NCBI GenBank assembly: GCA_963848295.1
Contig: CAWKDB010000004.1
Location: forward strand, 96,001-160,000
DNA length: 64,000 bases
Origin: an uncultured delta proteobacterium
GTDB lineage: Bacteria; Myxococcota_A; Polyangia; Haliangiales; Haliangiaceae
Reading direction: 5' to 3'
Both the position numbers and the translations under genes were made by a program. Below, piece after piece: positions 16,928-27,200 of the stretch. The notes under the pieces were generated by a model, which saw nothing but the letters and a program-made list of their open reading frames with translations, made no database searches and was not told the origin of the DNA. How positions within the stretch are numbered: the stretch's first letter is position 1; every line of letters begins with the position of its first letter.

Positions 16928-19924
16928 ATGCGTCTCTCCCCGTTGCTCGTCCTCTTGACCCTAGGCATCGCCGCGGGCGCCGCTCGCGCCGATACCGGCG
17001 TCGGGAACGCGTGGCACATCCCGACCGGCGCGGAGCCGGGGATCGCCACGATGCGCGGCCCGGTCCACGGCATCGTCGCCGGCACCGCGGTCAGCGTGTA
17101 CAGCGGCAATCAGTTTCAGGGTGCCGGCAACGCCGGCAACCAGCTCCAGACCGGCAGCGCGGTGATCTACAAGCACCTCGCCGACGCGAGCTGGACGAGC
17201 GCGCCGATGACGTTCGTCTCGCAGAGCGGCAACAACAAGTACTTCGTCGCGACGATCCCGGGCACCGCGCTGAGCTCGGGCGACGTCATCGAGTATTACC
17301 TGCAGATCGCGTACAGCGATCACGCGACGACGTTCCTGTTCGGCGGCGACGACGGCTCGCAGGCGACGCTCGACGAAGCGACCGCGCGAGCCGGCGCGTT
17401 CGCGTTCGGGGTCGAGTGGCCGCTCGCGCCGAGCGGTGACGCCGCCGAGGCCTCGAGCGGGGTGTGGCAGGCCAAGCTCTACACCGCGTCGGGCCACATC
17501 GGCCTCGTGCAAGCCCGCGGCACCGAGATCGATCTCGCGCCGCCGAGCGCGAAGCTCGCCGACAATTGGCTGCCGATCGGCGCCGTTGTCAACCAGTCGG
17601 CGCTCAGCGATGGCTTGCAGCTCGAGCAGACCTGGGGAACGCGCACGGTCACCGCGCAGCTCCGGTTCACGGCCGAAGGCGTACTGCACTACGAGGTCAC
17701 CGACTGGGGCGGCAGCGCGCCGACCGAGACCCAGATCGCGGCAGCGAGCACGAGCGACGAGCACTTCTACGGCTTCGGCGAGAAGTTCGACGGCCTCGAT
17801 CAAGCCGGCAAGTCGGTCCACATCTTGACGACGGATCATCCGGGCGCGAAGGGCGATAACTCGTACGCGGTCGCGCCGTGGTTCATCAGCAGCCACGGCT
17901 ATGGCTTTCAGCTCGACTCGACCGCCGAGGCGCAGCTCGACATGCGAGCCTCCGCCGCCGATCGGTTCACCGCGCATCTGTCGTTCGGCAAGCTCGCGAT
18001 CAACCTCGTCGGTGGCCCGGCGCCGCGCGACGTGCTGACGCGCTACACCGGCTACGCCGGTCGAGCCGCGTTGCCGCCGGCGTGGGCGTTCGGCCCGTGG
18101 ATCTCGTCGGACGTCTGGCACGACGGCGGCGAGGTTCGCTACGTCGTGACCAAGGAGCTCCAGCTCGGCATTCCCGCGTCGGTGTTCGTGTTCGATTCGC
18201 CGTGGGAGCTCGCCTACAACGACTTTCAATGGAACATGACGCAGTTCTCGGCGGGCGGGACGTTCGAAGGTCAGGCGTACGCCGGGTTCGCGTCGGCCGC
18301 CGACATGCTCGCGTTCCTGCGCGCGAGTGGTCTGCGCGTCGTCGTGTGGCTCACGCCGTTCGTCGACACGTCGTCGTACGACGAAGGCATCGCGGGCGCG
18401 AACCTCGGCCAGGCCTCGACCTACGATGCGGCTGCGAGCAACGGCTTCTTCGTGCGATCGAGCCCCGGCGGCGCGCCGCTCGTCACGACGTGGTGGAAGG
18501 GCGTGGGCAGCCCGGTCGACTTCACGAACCCGGCGGCGGCGTCGTGGTTCACGCAGCAGCTCCAGCAGGTGGTCAGCGACAGCAACGGCACGATCGGCGG
18601 GTTCAAGACCGACGACGGCGAAGCCGACTACATCCCGCTGACCGCGAGCTACGCCGACGGCCGTACCGGCGTCGAGATGAAGAACGGGTTTTGCGTCGAA
18701 TATCTCAAGGCGGTGTGGAACGTGCTCGGCAGCGACGGCCTGGTGTTCGCGCGCAGCGGCTTCACCGGCACGCAGGCGTATCCCGGCATGTGGGCCGGCG
18801 ACAACGAGCCGAACTTCGGCACCGACAACGGCTTGCCGACCGTCGTGTCGGCCGGGATGTCGGCGGCGATGTCGGGCTACGCGATCTGGGGCAGCGATAT
18901 CGGCGGCTATCAAGACGTCAACCCGAGCTCGACGCCCGAAGATCTGTTCATGCGCTGGACCCAGTTCGGCGCGCTGTCGCCGGTGATGCAGATGCATCGC
19001 CAAGTCACCGCGGGCAAGCAGTATCCGTGGAGCTACGGCGACGCGGCGCTCGCGAACTTCAAGGCCTACGCGCAGCTGCACACGACGCTGTTCCCGTATC
19101 TATATTCCGCTGCGAAGCAAGCGACGGTCGACGGCATCCCGGTGATGCAGCCGCTACCGCTGGTCGCCCCTGGCGATGCGACCGCTGCGACGATCGGCGA
19201 CGAGTACATGCTCGGCGATGCGCTGCTCGTCGCGCCGGTGATCACGCAGAGCGTGACGACGCGCTCGGTGTATCTGCCGGCGGGCGGTTGGTTCGATTTC
19301 TGGACGAACGCCCACGTCGATGGCGGCCAGACCGTCACGTGGACCGGCACCGACTCGACGCAGACGCCGATCTACGTCAAGGACGGCGGTATCGTCACGC
19401 GGCTGCCGCCCGGTGTGCAGTCGCTCAACGATGCGACCTATGTCGGTAATGCGGCGATCGCGACGAGCGACGGCTCGCTCGACTTTCTGGTGTACCCGGC
19501 TGGCAGCTCCGAGGCGACGCTGTACGACGGCACGACGCTGACGTCGAACGCGAGTGACAGCACGACGACGCTGACGCTGACCGGTGGGACTCGTGGCGTG
19601 ACGTTCGAGGTCTACTCCTCGGCGCATCCCACCGGCGTGCTGCGCGATGGCGCGACGCTGCCCGAGGTTGCGCCCGGAGCGCTCGTCGCCGATTCGTGGT
19701 CCTATGACGGCACGTTCGTGAACATCGCGCTGTCGAGCGCGACGACGACGACGCTCGTGCTCGACGGCACCGCGGGCCCTGGCAAGGGCGACGGCGACGA
19801 CTCGGCGACGACACCGGGCGGATGCGGCGGATGCGCGACCGGCGGCAGCGGCGGTGCGGGTTGGCTCGCGCTCGTCGCGGTGGTCGCGGGCTCGCTCCGA
19901 CGGCGCCGGCGGCGTAACGTCTGA
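16928..19924 (+). CDS. Secreted GH31 glycoside hydrolase/transglycosylase with MYXO-CTERM anchor
   Basis: Signal peptide; FYGFGEKF, LPPAWAFGPW, VDFTNP, GFKTDDGE (nucleophile), WAGDN (acid/base), GSDIGGY, RWTQFGAL, EYMLGDALLVAP; tail GGCGGCATGGSGGAGWLALVAVVAGSLRRRRRR. Confidence 0.93.
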   Translation: MRLSPLLVLLTLGIAAGAARADTGVGNAWHIPTGAEPGIATMRGPVHGIVAGTAVSVYSGNQFQGAGNAGNQLQTGSAVIYKHLADASWTSAPMTFVSQSGNNKYFVATIPGTALSSGDVIEYYLQIAYSDHATTFLFGGDDGSQATLDEATARAGAFAFGVEWPLAPSGDAAEASSGVWQAKLYTASGHIGLVQARGTEIDLAPPSAKLADNWLPIGAVVNQSALSDGLQLEQTWGTRTVTAQLRFTAEGVLHYEVTDWGGSAPTETQIAAASTSDEHFYGFGEKFDGLDQAGKSVHILTTDHPGAKGDNSYAVAPWFISSHGYGFQLDSTAEAQLDMRASAADRFTAHLSFGKLAINLVGGPAPRDVLTRYTGYAGRAALPPAWAFGPWISSDVWHDGGEVRYVVTKELQLGIPASVFVFDSPWELAYNDFQWNMTQFSAGGTFEGQAYAGFASAADMLAFLRASGLRVVVWLTPFVDTSSYDEGIAGANLGQASTYDAAASNGFFVRSSPGGAPLVTTWWKGVGSPVDFTNPAAASWFTQQLQQVVSDSNGTIGGFKTDDGEADYIPLTASYADGRTGVEMKNGFCVEYLKAVWNVLGSDGLVFARSGFTGTQAYPGMWAGDNEPNFGTDNGLPTVVSAGMSAAMSGYAIWGSDIGGYQDVNPSSTPEDLFMRWTQFGALSPVMQMHRQVTAGKQYPWSYGDAALANFKAYAQLHTTLFPYLYSAAKQATVDGIPVMQPLPLVAPGDATAATIGDEYMLGDALLVAPVITQSVTTRSVYLPAGGWFDFWTNAHVDGGQTVTWTGTDSTQTPIYVKDGGIVTRLPPGVQSLNDATYVGNAAIATSDGSLDFLVYPAGSSEATLYDGTTLTSNASDSTTTLTLTGGTRGVTFEVYSSAHPTGVLRDGATLPEVAPGALVADSWSYDGTFVNIALSSATTTTLVLDGTAGPGKGDGDDSATTPGGCGGCATGGSGGAGWLALVAVVAGSLRRRRRRNV

Positions 19925-19926
19925 GC

Positions 19927-21045
19927 ATGCAGCTCGCGTCGTCCGACGGTCGGGTCGCCGAGCTCGGGTATTGCTACAACGTGCTGCCGGGCGAGAGCGT
20001 CGCGGCGCTCGTCGACCAGCTCCGGCGGATCTGCGGCCCGGTCCGCGCGCGGCTCGGCGTCGCCCGGCTCGGGGTGGGGTTGTGGATCGCGCGCGATGCC
20101 GCGACCGAGCTCGTCCGCGATCCAACGGCGCGGCGTCGGCTCGCGAGCGCGCTCGCCGCGGAGCAGCTGTACTGCTTCACGCTCAACGGTTTTCCATACG
20201 GCGGGTTTCACGCGCCGCGGGTCAAGGAGCAGGTGTTCGAGCCGAGCTGGGCGCAACCGGCGCGGGTCGACTACACGCTCGATCTCGCGCTGATCCTCGC
20301 CGAGTTGCTGCCCGATGACGTCGAGGCCGGCTCGATCTCGACCGTGCCGATCGGTTCGGCGCAGACCGATCGCGCGGCGGCTCGCGACGGCCTGGCGCGC
20401 GCCGCCGACGGGCTCGAAGCGATCGCGCGACGCACGGGGCGGCGGATCGAGCTCGCGGTCGAGCCCGAGCCCGGTGCTGGCTTCGAGCGCGCGACCGAGC
20501 TCGCGACGTATCTGCGCGGCTCGAGCATCGCCGTGTGCTTCGACTGCTGTCACGCCGCAGTGGTCGGTGAGGATCCCGCGACGGCGTTGCACGCCATGGC
20601 TGATGCGGGCGTGCGCTGCGCGAAGATCCAGATCTCGAGCGCGCTGGTCGCTCGCGAGCCAGAGCGCGAGGCGCCGGCGCTCGCCGCACTCGCCGAGCCG
20701 CGTTACTTCCATCAAGTGCGCAGCGATCGCGGCGGCGCGATGGATCTACCCGACGCGCTCGCCACGCTCGATCGCGGCTCGCCGTGGCGCATCCACTTCC
20801 ACGTACCGGTGCATCGCGCCGAGCTCGCCGGGTTCGCGACGACCCGCGAGGCGATCGCGCCGGTGCTCGCCGCGGCGCTCGCGATGCCGGGGCCGTTGCC
20901 GCACCTCGAGGTCGAGACGTACACGTGGGGCGTGCTTCCGACCGCGGATCGCGCGACCGGCGATGGCGCGCTCGTCGACGGCATCGCGCACGAGCTGCGC
21001 TGGGCGATCGCGGAGCTCGCGACACATGGGGTGCACCCGCGATGA
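19927..21045 (+). CDS. eboE: EboE, xylose-isomerase-like TIM barrel
   Basis: GVGLW, FTLNGFPYGGFH..VKEQV, GSISTVP, EPEPG, DCCHAAV, KIQISSAL, EPRYFHQ, WRIHFHVP, HLEVETYTW. Confidence 0.92.
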   Translation: MQLASSDGRVAELGYCYNVLPGESVAALVDQLRRICGPVRARLGVARLGVGLWIARDAATELVRDPTARRRLASALAAEQLYCFTLNGFPYGGFHAPRVKEQVFEPSWAQPARVDYTLDLALILAELLPDDVEAGSISTVPIGSAQTDRAAARDGLARAADGLEAIARRTGRRIELAVEPEPGAGFERATELATYLRGSSIAVCFDCCHAAVVGEDPATALHAMADAGVRCAKIQISSALVAREPEREAPALAALAEPRYFHQVRSDRGGAMDLPDALATLDRGSPWRIHFHVPVHRAELAGFATTREAIAPVLAAALAMPGPLPHLEVETYTWGVLPTADRATGDGALVDGIAHELRWAIAELATHGVHPR

Positions 21046-22403
21046 CCAAGCTCGCGATCATCGACATCGTCGGGCTGACCCCGAAGCTGCTCGCGCACAT
21101 GCCGCGCGTTGCCGCGGTCGCGACCGGCGGGTTTCGCGCCGAGCTCGGCACGGTGCTGCCCGCGGTGACTTGCTCGGTGCAGTCGACACTGCTGACCGGG
21201 ACGCTGCCGCGCGATCACGGCGTCGTCGGCAACGGCTGGTTGTTTCGCGATCAGTCCGAGATCTGGTTGTGGCGCCAGTCGAACAAGCTCGTCGCCGGCG
21301 AAAAACTATGGGACGCCGCGCGCCGCGTGCTCGGGCGCGACGTGACCTGCGCGAACCTGTGCTGGTGGTACGCGATGGGCTCGACCGCCGACATCGCGGT
21401 GACGCCGCGGCCGGTCTACTACGCCGATGGCCGCAAGGCGCCGGGCGCGTACACCCAGCCGGCGAGCGTCGGCGCGGATCTGGTCAAGCACCTCGGCGAG
21501 TTCCCGCTGTTTCAGTTTTGGGGCCCGGGCGCGGGCCTGGCGTCGTCGGCGTGGATCGCCGCCGCGGCGCGCCGCGTGTTCGATGCGCACCATCCCGACC
21601 TCTCGCTCGTCTACCTGCCGCACCTCGACTACGACTTGCAGCGCTATGGCTCGAGCGGACCGGAGGCGATTCGCGCGGCGATCGAGCTCGATGTCGTCGC
21701 CGGCGAGCTGATCGATTACTTTCGCGCGCGAGACGTCACGGTCGTCGTGTTGTCGGAGTACGGCATCACCGACGTCGCGCGGCCGGTCCACGTCAACCGC
21801 CGGTTGCGCGAAGCGGGCCTGCTCGACGTCGCGTGGAACGACGCGGGCGAATTGCTCGATACGTTCACCTCCCGCGCGTTCGCGGTCGCCGATCATCAAG
21901 TCGCCCATGTCTATACGTCGGACCCGGACGCGACGGCCGCCGCCCGCGCCGCGCTCGCCGATCTCCCGGGCATCGCCGAGATCCTCGACGACGACGGCAA
22001 GCGCGCCGCCGGGCTCGATCATCCGCGCGCCGGCGAGCTCGTGCTCGTCGCCGAGCCCGACGCGTGGTTCACGTACTACTACTGGCTCGACGATCTCCGC
22101 GCGCCCGACTTCGCGCCGACCGTCGAGATCCATCGCAAGCCTGGGTACGATCCGGCCGAGCTGCTGTTCGCCGATGGCAAGGCGAAGGCGCGCGCGGTGT
22201 TGCGGCTCGCACAGAAGGCGCTCGGCTTTCGCTACGTGATGGACGTCATCCCGATCGACGGCGATCGCGTCCGCGGCTCGCACGGCCGGATCCCGGCGAC
22301 GCCCGACGACGGCCCGGTCCTGCTGTGCAGCGATCCGCGGTTCGCGCGCGCGAAGCTCGACGCGACCGACGTGATGGAGCTCGCGCTCGATCTGATGCGC
22401 TGA
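21042..22403 (+). CDS. eboF: EboF, nucleotide pyrophosphatase/phosphodiesterase family
   Basis: PAVTCSVQSTLLTG, HGVVGNGW, FPLFQFWGP, YLPHLDYDLQR, SEYGIT, DHQVAHVY, HRKPGYDP, GSHG; ATGA overlap. Confidence 0.92.
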   Translation: MTKLAIIDIVGLTPKLLAHMPRVAAVATGGFRAELGTVLPAVTCSVQSTLLTGTLPRDHGVVGNGWLFRDQSEIWLWRQSNKLVAGEKLWDAARRVLGRDVTCANLCWWYAMGSTADIAVTPRPVYYADGRKAPGAYTQPASVGADLVKHLGEFPLFQFWGPGAGLASSAWIAAAARRVFDAHHPDLSLVYLPHLDYDLQRYGSSGPEAIRAAIELDVVAGELIDYFRARDVTVVVLSEYGITDVARPVHVNRRLREAGLLDVAWNDAGELLDTFTSRAFAVADHQVAHVYTSDPDATAAARAALADLPGIAEILDDDGKRAAGLDHPRAGELVLVAEPDAWFTYYYWLDDLRAPDFAPTVEIHRKPGYDPAELLFADGKAKARAVLRLAQKALGFRYVMDVIPIDGDRVRGSHGRIPATPDDGPVLLCSDPRFARAKLDATDVMELALDLMR

Positions 22404-22408
22404 GCGCG

Positions 22409-23296
22409 TCAGGTCGGCGAGAAGAACTGCTTGAGCAACAGCGCTGGAAACACGAGCAACGCGACGGTCAGCGCCCAGAACGGCTCGCCGGCGACGGCGC
22501 AGACCGCCGCGTCGATCACCGGGATCAGCATGATGCCGCCGCCGATCGCGCGCCCGGTCGACCGGCCGTCGTGGCGATACCACACCGGCGACCAGTTCAG
22601 CCAACCGAGCGCGAGCGCGAGCGCGATCCACGGCCACGCCCAGCGCGTCGCGGGAATGCCCGGCGCGGTGACCAGCGCGATCACGACGGTGATCGCGAGC
22701 ACCGCGAGGAACGCGAGCCCGGTCCGCGCCCGCCGCCTCGTGTTGCCGTCGACCTCGTCGCGCGCGATGTACGTCAAGCCGGTCACGTAGAGCGCGAGCA
22801 CGATCGGGCCGGCGAGCGCGATCGGCGGCCACGCGGCGGACAGCGACAGCCCGGTCGAGATCGCGAGCGCGAGATCCAGCCCGCGGCACGCGCCCATGAC
22901 GAGCGGACCGATCGGCGTTGCCTTCGCGCCGGCGTCGTAGACCAGGATGCACGCGGCCAGCACGACCGCGAGCGTGCCGGGTGCGCGGCCGATCCACGCC
23001 GCGATCAGGATGCCGGCGGCCATGAGGCCCGCGCCGAGCAGCGCCGCGGTCGCGACCGAGACCGCGCCGCTCGGGATCGGCCGGGTCGGACGCTCGCGGG
23101 CGTCGATCTCGCGATCGAGCACGTCGTTGAGCACGATGCCGGCGAGGTACAGGCAGCCCGACGCGAGCAGGATCGCGCAACCGCGGTCCGGCACCGCGAT
23201 GCCGAGCGCGAGCAACACGACCAGACCGGCGAGCGCATCGGCGAACGCGGTGAACAGGTTTGGCGGGCGAAGCAAGGCGAGCAAGCTCGTCATCAC
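22409..23296 (-). CDS. eboC: EboC, UbiA-like prenyltransferase
   Basis: LRPPNLFTAFAD, NDVLDREIDARERPTRPIPSG, YDAGAK, MGACRGL. Confidence 0.88.
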   Translation of the reverse strand: MMTSLLALLRPPNLFTAFADALAGLVVLLALGIAVPDRGCAILLASGCLYLAGIVLNDVLDREIDARERPTRPIPSGAVSVATAALLGAGLMAAGILIAAWIGRAPGTLAVVLAACILVYDAGAKATPIGPLVMGACRGLDLALAISTGLSLSAAWPPIALAGPIVLALYVTGLTYIARDEVDGNTRRRARTGLAFLAVLAITVVIALVTAPGIPATRWAWPWIALALALGWLNWSPVWYRHDGRSTGRAIGGGIMLIPVIDAAVCAVAGEPFWALTVALLVFPALLLKQFFSPT

Positions 23297-24207
23297 GGCT
23301 TCTTCGCCGGCGCTGCCGCCTCGTCCTGAAGCGACGCCGGCAACGGAGGCAGCTCGTTGATCGCCGGCAACAGCACGATCTCGATGCGGCGGTTCTTCTG
23401 CCGTCCGTCCGCGGTGGTGTTCGCCGCGATCGGATCATGCTCGCCGACGCCCGCGGGGATCAGGTTCTTCGCGTCCATGCCGGCGGTCACCAGCACGCGC
23501 GTCACGGTCAGCGCGCGCTCGGTCGACAGCTCCCAGTTGTCCTTCGGCACGCACGCGGCCGCCGCGGCGTCGTTCGCCTTCGGCTTCGCGAAGTCTTGAT
23601 TGTCGGTGTGGCCGACGACGAGGAACCGGCGATCCGCGAACTTCTTCAGCACCGCCGCGACCTCGACGACGGCGTACTCGCCCTGCTTCGACAGCACGCT
23701 CGATCCCGAAGGGAACAGGACCTCGGACGGCAGCGATACGACCAGCGCACCGCGCCGCGCCACGACGCGCAGCTGACCGGTATCGATCATCTTCGCGAAC
23801 TGCTTCTGGATGTCGTCGATCGCGGCCATCCGCTTGTCGGCCTCGGCTTTCTGCGCGCGGAGCTGGGTCAGCTCGTCCTTCGTCGCGTTGAAGTTCTTCG
23901 CGAGATCACCGCTCTGACTCTCGAGCCCGCTCGCCTTGCTCGTCTCGGTCGCGAGCGCGGTCTTGCACTCGCTCGCTTGCTTCGCGGCCGTCGCGCTCTG
24001 GGCTTGCGCGCTCGTCAGACTCTTCGCGCATTCGCCTTGGTCGTCGGCGGCCTGGTGCGCGGCCTGGCGGTAAGTCCATGCGAAGTAGCCGCCGGCACCC
24101 GCGGCGCCGGTGACGATGATCGCGTAGAGCCAGAGCCGCCACGGGAACCGGCGGGGCGGTTTGGCGAACCTGTCGGTAGCGGGTACGGCGGGCGGACGTT
24201 GGGCCAT
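23293..24207 (-). CDS. OmpA/MotB-like peptidoglycan-binding membrane protein with coiled coil
   Basis: Single TM; coiled coil; VLFPSGS, GHTD, NWELSTERA, GRQKNRRIEI. Confidence 0.9.
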   Translation of the reverse strand: MAQRPPAVPATDRFAKPPRRFPWRLWLYAIIVTGAAGAGGYFAWTYRQAAHQAADDQGECAKSLTSAQAQSATAAKQASECKTALATETSKASGLESQSGDLAKNFNATKDELTQLRAQKAEADKRMAAIDDIQKQFAKMIDTGQLRVVARRGALVVSLPSEVLFPSGSSVLSKQGEYAVVEVAAVLKKFADRRFLVVGHTDNQDFAKPKANDAAAAACVPKDNWELSTERALTVTRVLVTAGMDAKNLIPAGVGEHDPIAANTTADGRQKNRRIEIVLLPAINELPPLPASLQDEAAAPAKKP

Positions 24208-24251
24208 GGCGCCTCCTCGCCTGACGATACCGTCGTTAGCGGCCGGCGTCG

Positions 24252-27200
24252 CTACCCGCCGGCAGGTCGGTGGAGCTCGACGAGCAAGCCGGTACAGCCA
24301 TCGGTGACCTGCACCGTTGCGTCGTCGATCGCGGCCACGCCGGTGAGACAGCGCGTCACGCTCGCGGGGAACGTGTCGCGCGGCTGCGCGCCGTAGATCG
24401 TGCGCACGGTTCCGGAGCCGTCGACCACGCCGCTGGGGTCCGCCGCGAGCTGCCGCACCGTCGAGGTCGAGCTCGTGTAAACGTTGCCAAGCGCGTCGCA
24501 GCTGAGGCCGCGCGGGGCATCGACGGGGAACGTCGCGGCGGGGCCGCCATCGCCCGACGAGTCGGCGACGCCGTTGCCGAGCACGGTCGAGATCACACTG
24601 TGGGAGTCGATCCGCCGGATCCGGTGATTGCCCGTGTCGGCGATGAACAGGTCACCGTCAGGGCACACCGCGATCGCCTGAGGCTGGTAGAGCAGGGCGT
24701 TGGTCGCAGCGCCACCGTCGCCATCGTACCCGAGCGTCGCCGGTGTGCCGGCGATCGTAGCGATGGTGCTCGCGCCGAGATCGATCGCGCGGATCACGTG
24801 GTTGCCGGTGTCGGCGACGTAGAGCCGATGCGTGGCCGCGTCGAGATAGAGCCCGGTGGGCGAGCGAAACATCGCGGTGGCGACGGCGCCGTCGGCGAAA
24901 CCGGTCGCGCCCGCGGTGTTCGCGAACGGCGCGATCGTCCACGTATCGGCGTCGTTCGGGTCGACCACGGTGATCGCGTCGATGCGATTCGTCGACGACT
25001 CGACGACATAGAGCACACTCGCCGCCGCATCGAAGGCGATACCGGAGACGGTTCCGAAGCTCGAAGCGCGAAACCGCGCGAGCTGCCCGGTCGCGGTGCC
25101 TTGGGGATAGCGCCCGGCGATCACTGCGACCACCGAGGTCGTCGTCCCGAGACCTTCGACCGTGCCGCTGATCCCGCCGGCGATCAGGGTCTCGGGCAAC
25201 CCCGGACCGGCGATCAGCGCCTGCGGGTTCGCGAGGTGGGCCTGCGCGATCGGGCCCGTGCCCTCGGGATCGACCTGGCCGGCCACCGTGTCGATGATGC
25301 CGGTCGCGGGATCGACGCGGCGAATCCTCTGGTTCTCGTAGTCGGCCACATAGATCGCGCCGGTCGCGTCGATCGCGACGTCCTGCGGCGAGAACAACGA
25401 GGCCGAGGTGGCGAGCCCACCGTCCCCGATGAACGAATACTGGCCGCCACCGCCGACGACGGTCGTGATGATGTTGGTGGTCGCGTCGAGGCGCCGGATC
25501 TTGTCGCTGTACGAGGCGCAGATGTAGGCGTTTCCCGCCGCATCGACCGCGACGCACGACGGGTGATCGACCTGCGCCGCGGTTCCGGGCCCGCCGTCGC
25601 CCATCGACCCCTGGGTCCCGAGGCCCGCGACGGTCGAGATCAGGCCGGCGGCAGTCACCCGGCGCACACGGTTGTTGTCGTTGTCGGCGATCCAGAGATT
25701 TCCGGCGCTATCGACCGCGATCCCGAGCGGGTAGTTCAGCATCGCGCTCGTCGCCGCGACGTTCTCACCCGCGTAGCCTGCGGTTCCGTTGCCGGCCACG
25801 GTCGAGATCACGCCGGTCGTCGCGTCGACGCGGCGGATCCGCTGGTTGCTCGAGTCCGAGATGAAGATATTGCCGTGGCCGTCGATCGCGAGGCCGACCG
25901 GCCCGTCGAGCGCAGCGCTGGTCGCCGGACCGCCGTCGCCGGAGAACCCGGTCGTGCCGTTGCCGGCGACGGTCGTGATGATCGAGGTCACCGCGTCCAC
26001 CCGGCGGACGAGATCGTTGTCGAGGTCGACGAAGTAGAGGTTGCCGGCGGCATCGAAGCGGACGCTGATCGGCTCACCGGCGTTGGCGTCGACCGCGAGC
26101 CCGCCATCGCCGAGCGTGGCAAAGAGGTCGCCGCCGGCGATCGTCGAGATCACGCCGGTCGCCGGGTCGACGCTGCGAACCCGGCTGTTGCCGGAGTCCG
26201 CGACCGCGATATCGCCGGCCGCGTTCACCGCGATGCTCGTGGGATAACTCAACGGTGCGGCGGTCGCGGCGCCACCGTCGCCGGAGTAACCGCGCGAGCC
26301 CGTGCCGGCCGCGGTCGCGATCACGCCCGACGGGCTGACCTCGCGGACGCGCTGGTTGTTGCCGTCCGCGATGAACATGTTGCCGGCGGAATCGACCGCG
26401 ACGCTGAAGGCCGAGATCGCTGCTGCGGTCGCGAGACCGCCGTCGCCACCGAACCCGGTCGCGTTGCTACCCGCGACGGTCGAGATCAGGTGTGTGGTCG
26501 CGTCCACTCGACGGATGCGGGAGTTGCCGTAGTCGGCGATATAGAGATTGCCCGCGCGGTCGAGCGCGATGCCCTGCGGGTTCTGGAGCTGCGCCGCGGT
26601 CGCCGGACCGTTGTCTCCGGAGAACCCGGCCGTACCGATGCCCGCGTACGTCGTGATGATGCCGGTCGCTGCGTCGACGCGTCGGACGCGATGACCGTAC
26701 TGCTCGGACACGAACATGTTGCCCGCCGCGTCGAACACGACGCCGTAGGGCGAGCTCACGGTCGCGGCGGTCGCGACGCCGCCATCACCGGCCGAGGCGC
26801 CGTTGCCGACGCCGACGACGGTGCTGATCAACCCGGTGTCGACATCGACGCGGCGAACCCGGCCGTTCTGCGTATCGGCGATGTAGAGATCTCCGAGGCC
26901 GTCGACCGCGACTCCGAAAGGATGCCACAACGACGCACTCGTCGCCGGGACACCGTCGCCCGAGACGAACGCATGGTCGTCGTCGCCGGCGACCGTCGTG
27001 ATGATCCCGGTGATCGCATCGATCCGGCGGATGCGATTGTTGCCGTTGTCGGCGACGAAGATGTTGCCGAGCCCGTCGACGGCGAGCGCCGCGGCATACG
27101 CGAACTGCGCGTAGATCGCAGGGCCACCGTCGCCGGCGAATCCGTCGACGCCGCTGCCCGCGACGGTCGTGACCACGCCGGTCGCCGCGTCGATCCGGAG

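Noticed and set aside
20315..23329. 1004-aa + strand ORF, and similar long Arg/Ala-rich ORFs (12655-15591, 12788-15589, 24270-27620, 16961-19081)
   Set aside because: Off-frame or antisense shadows of well-supported genes; expected at this GC content and lacking family motifs
23293..24207. Flagellar stator motB
   Set aside because: No motA or flagellar genes; long coiled-coil OmpA/MotB-like proteins are common in myxobacteria
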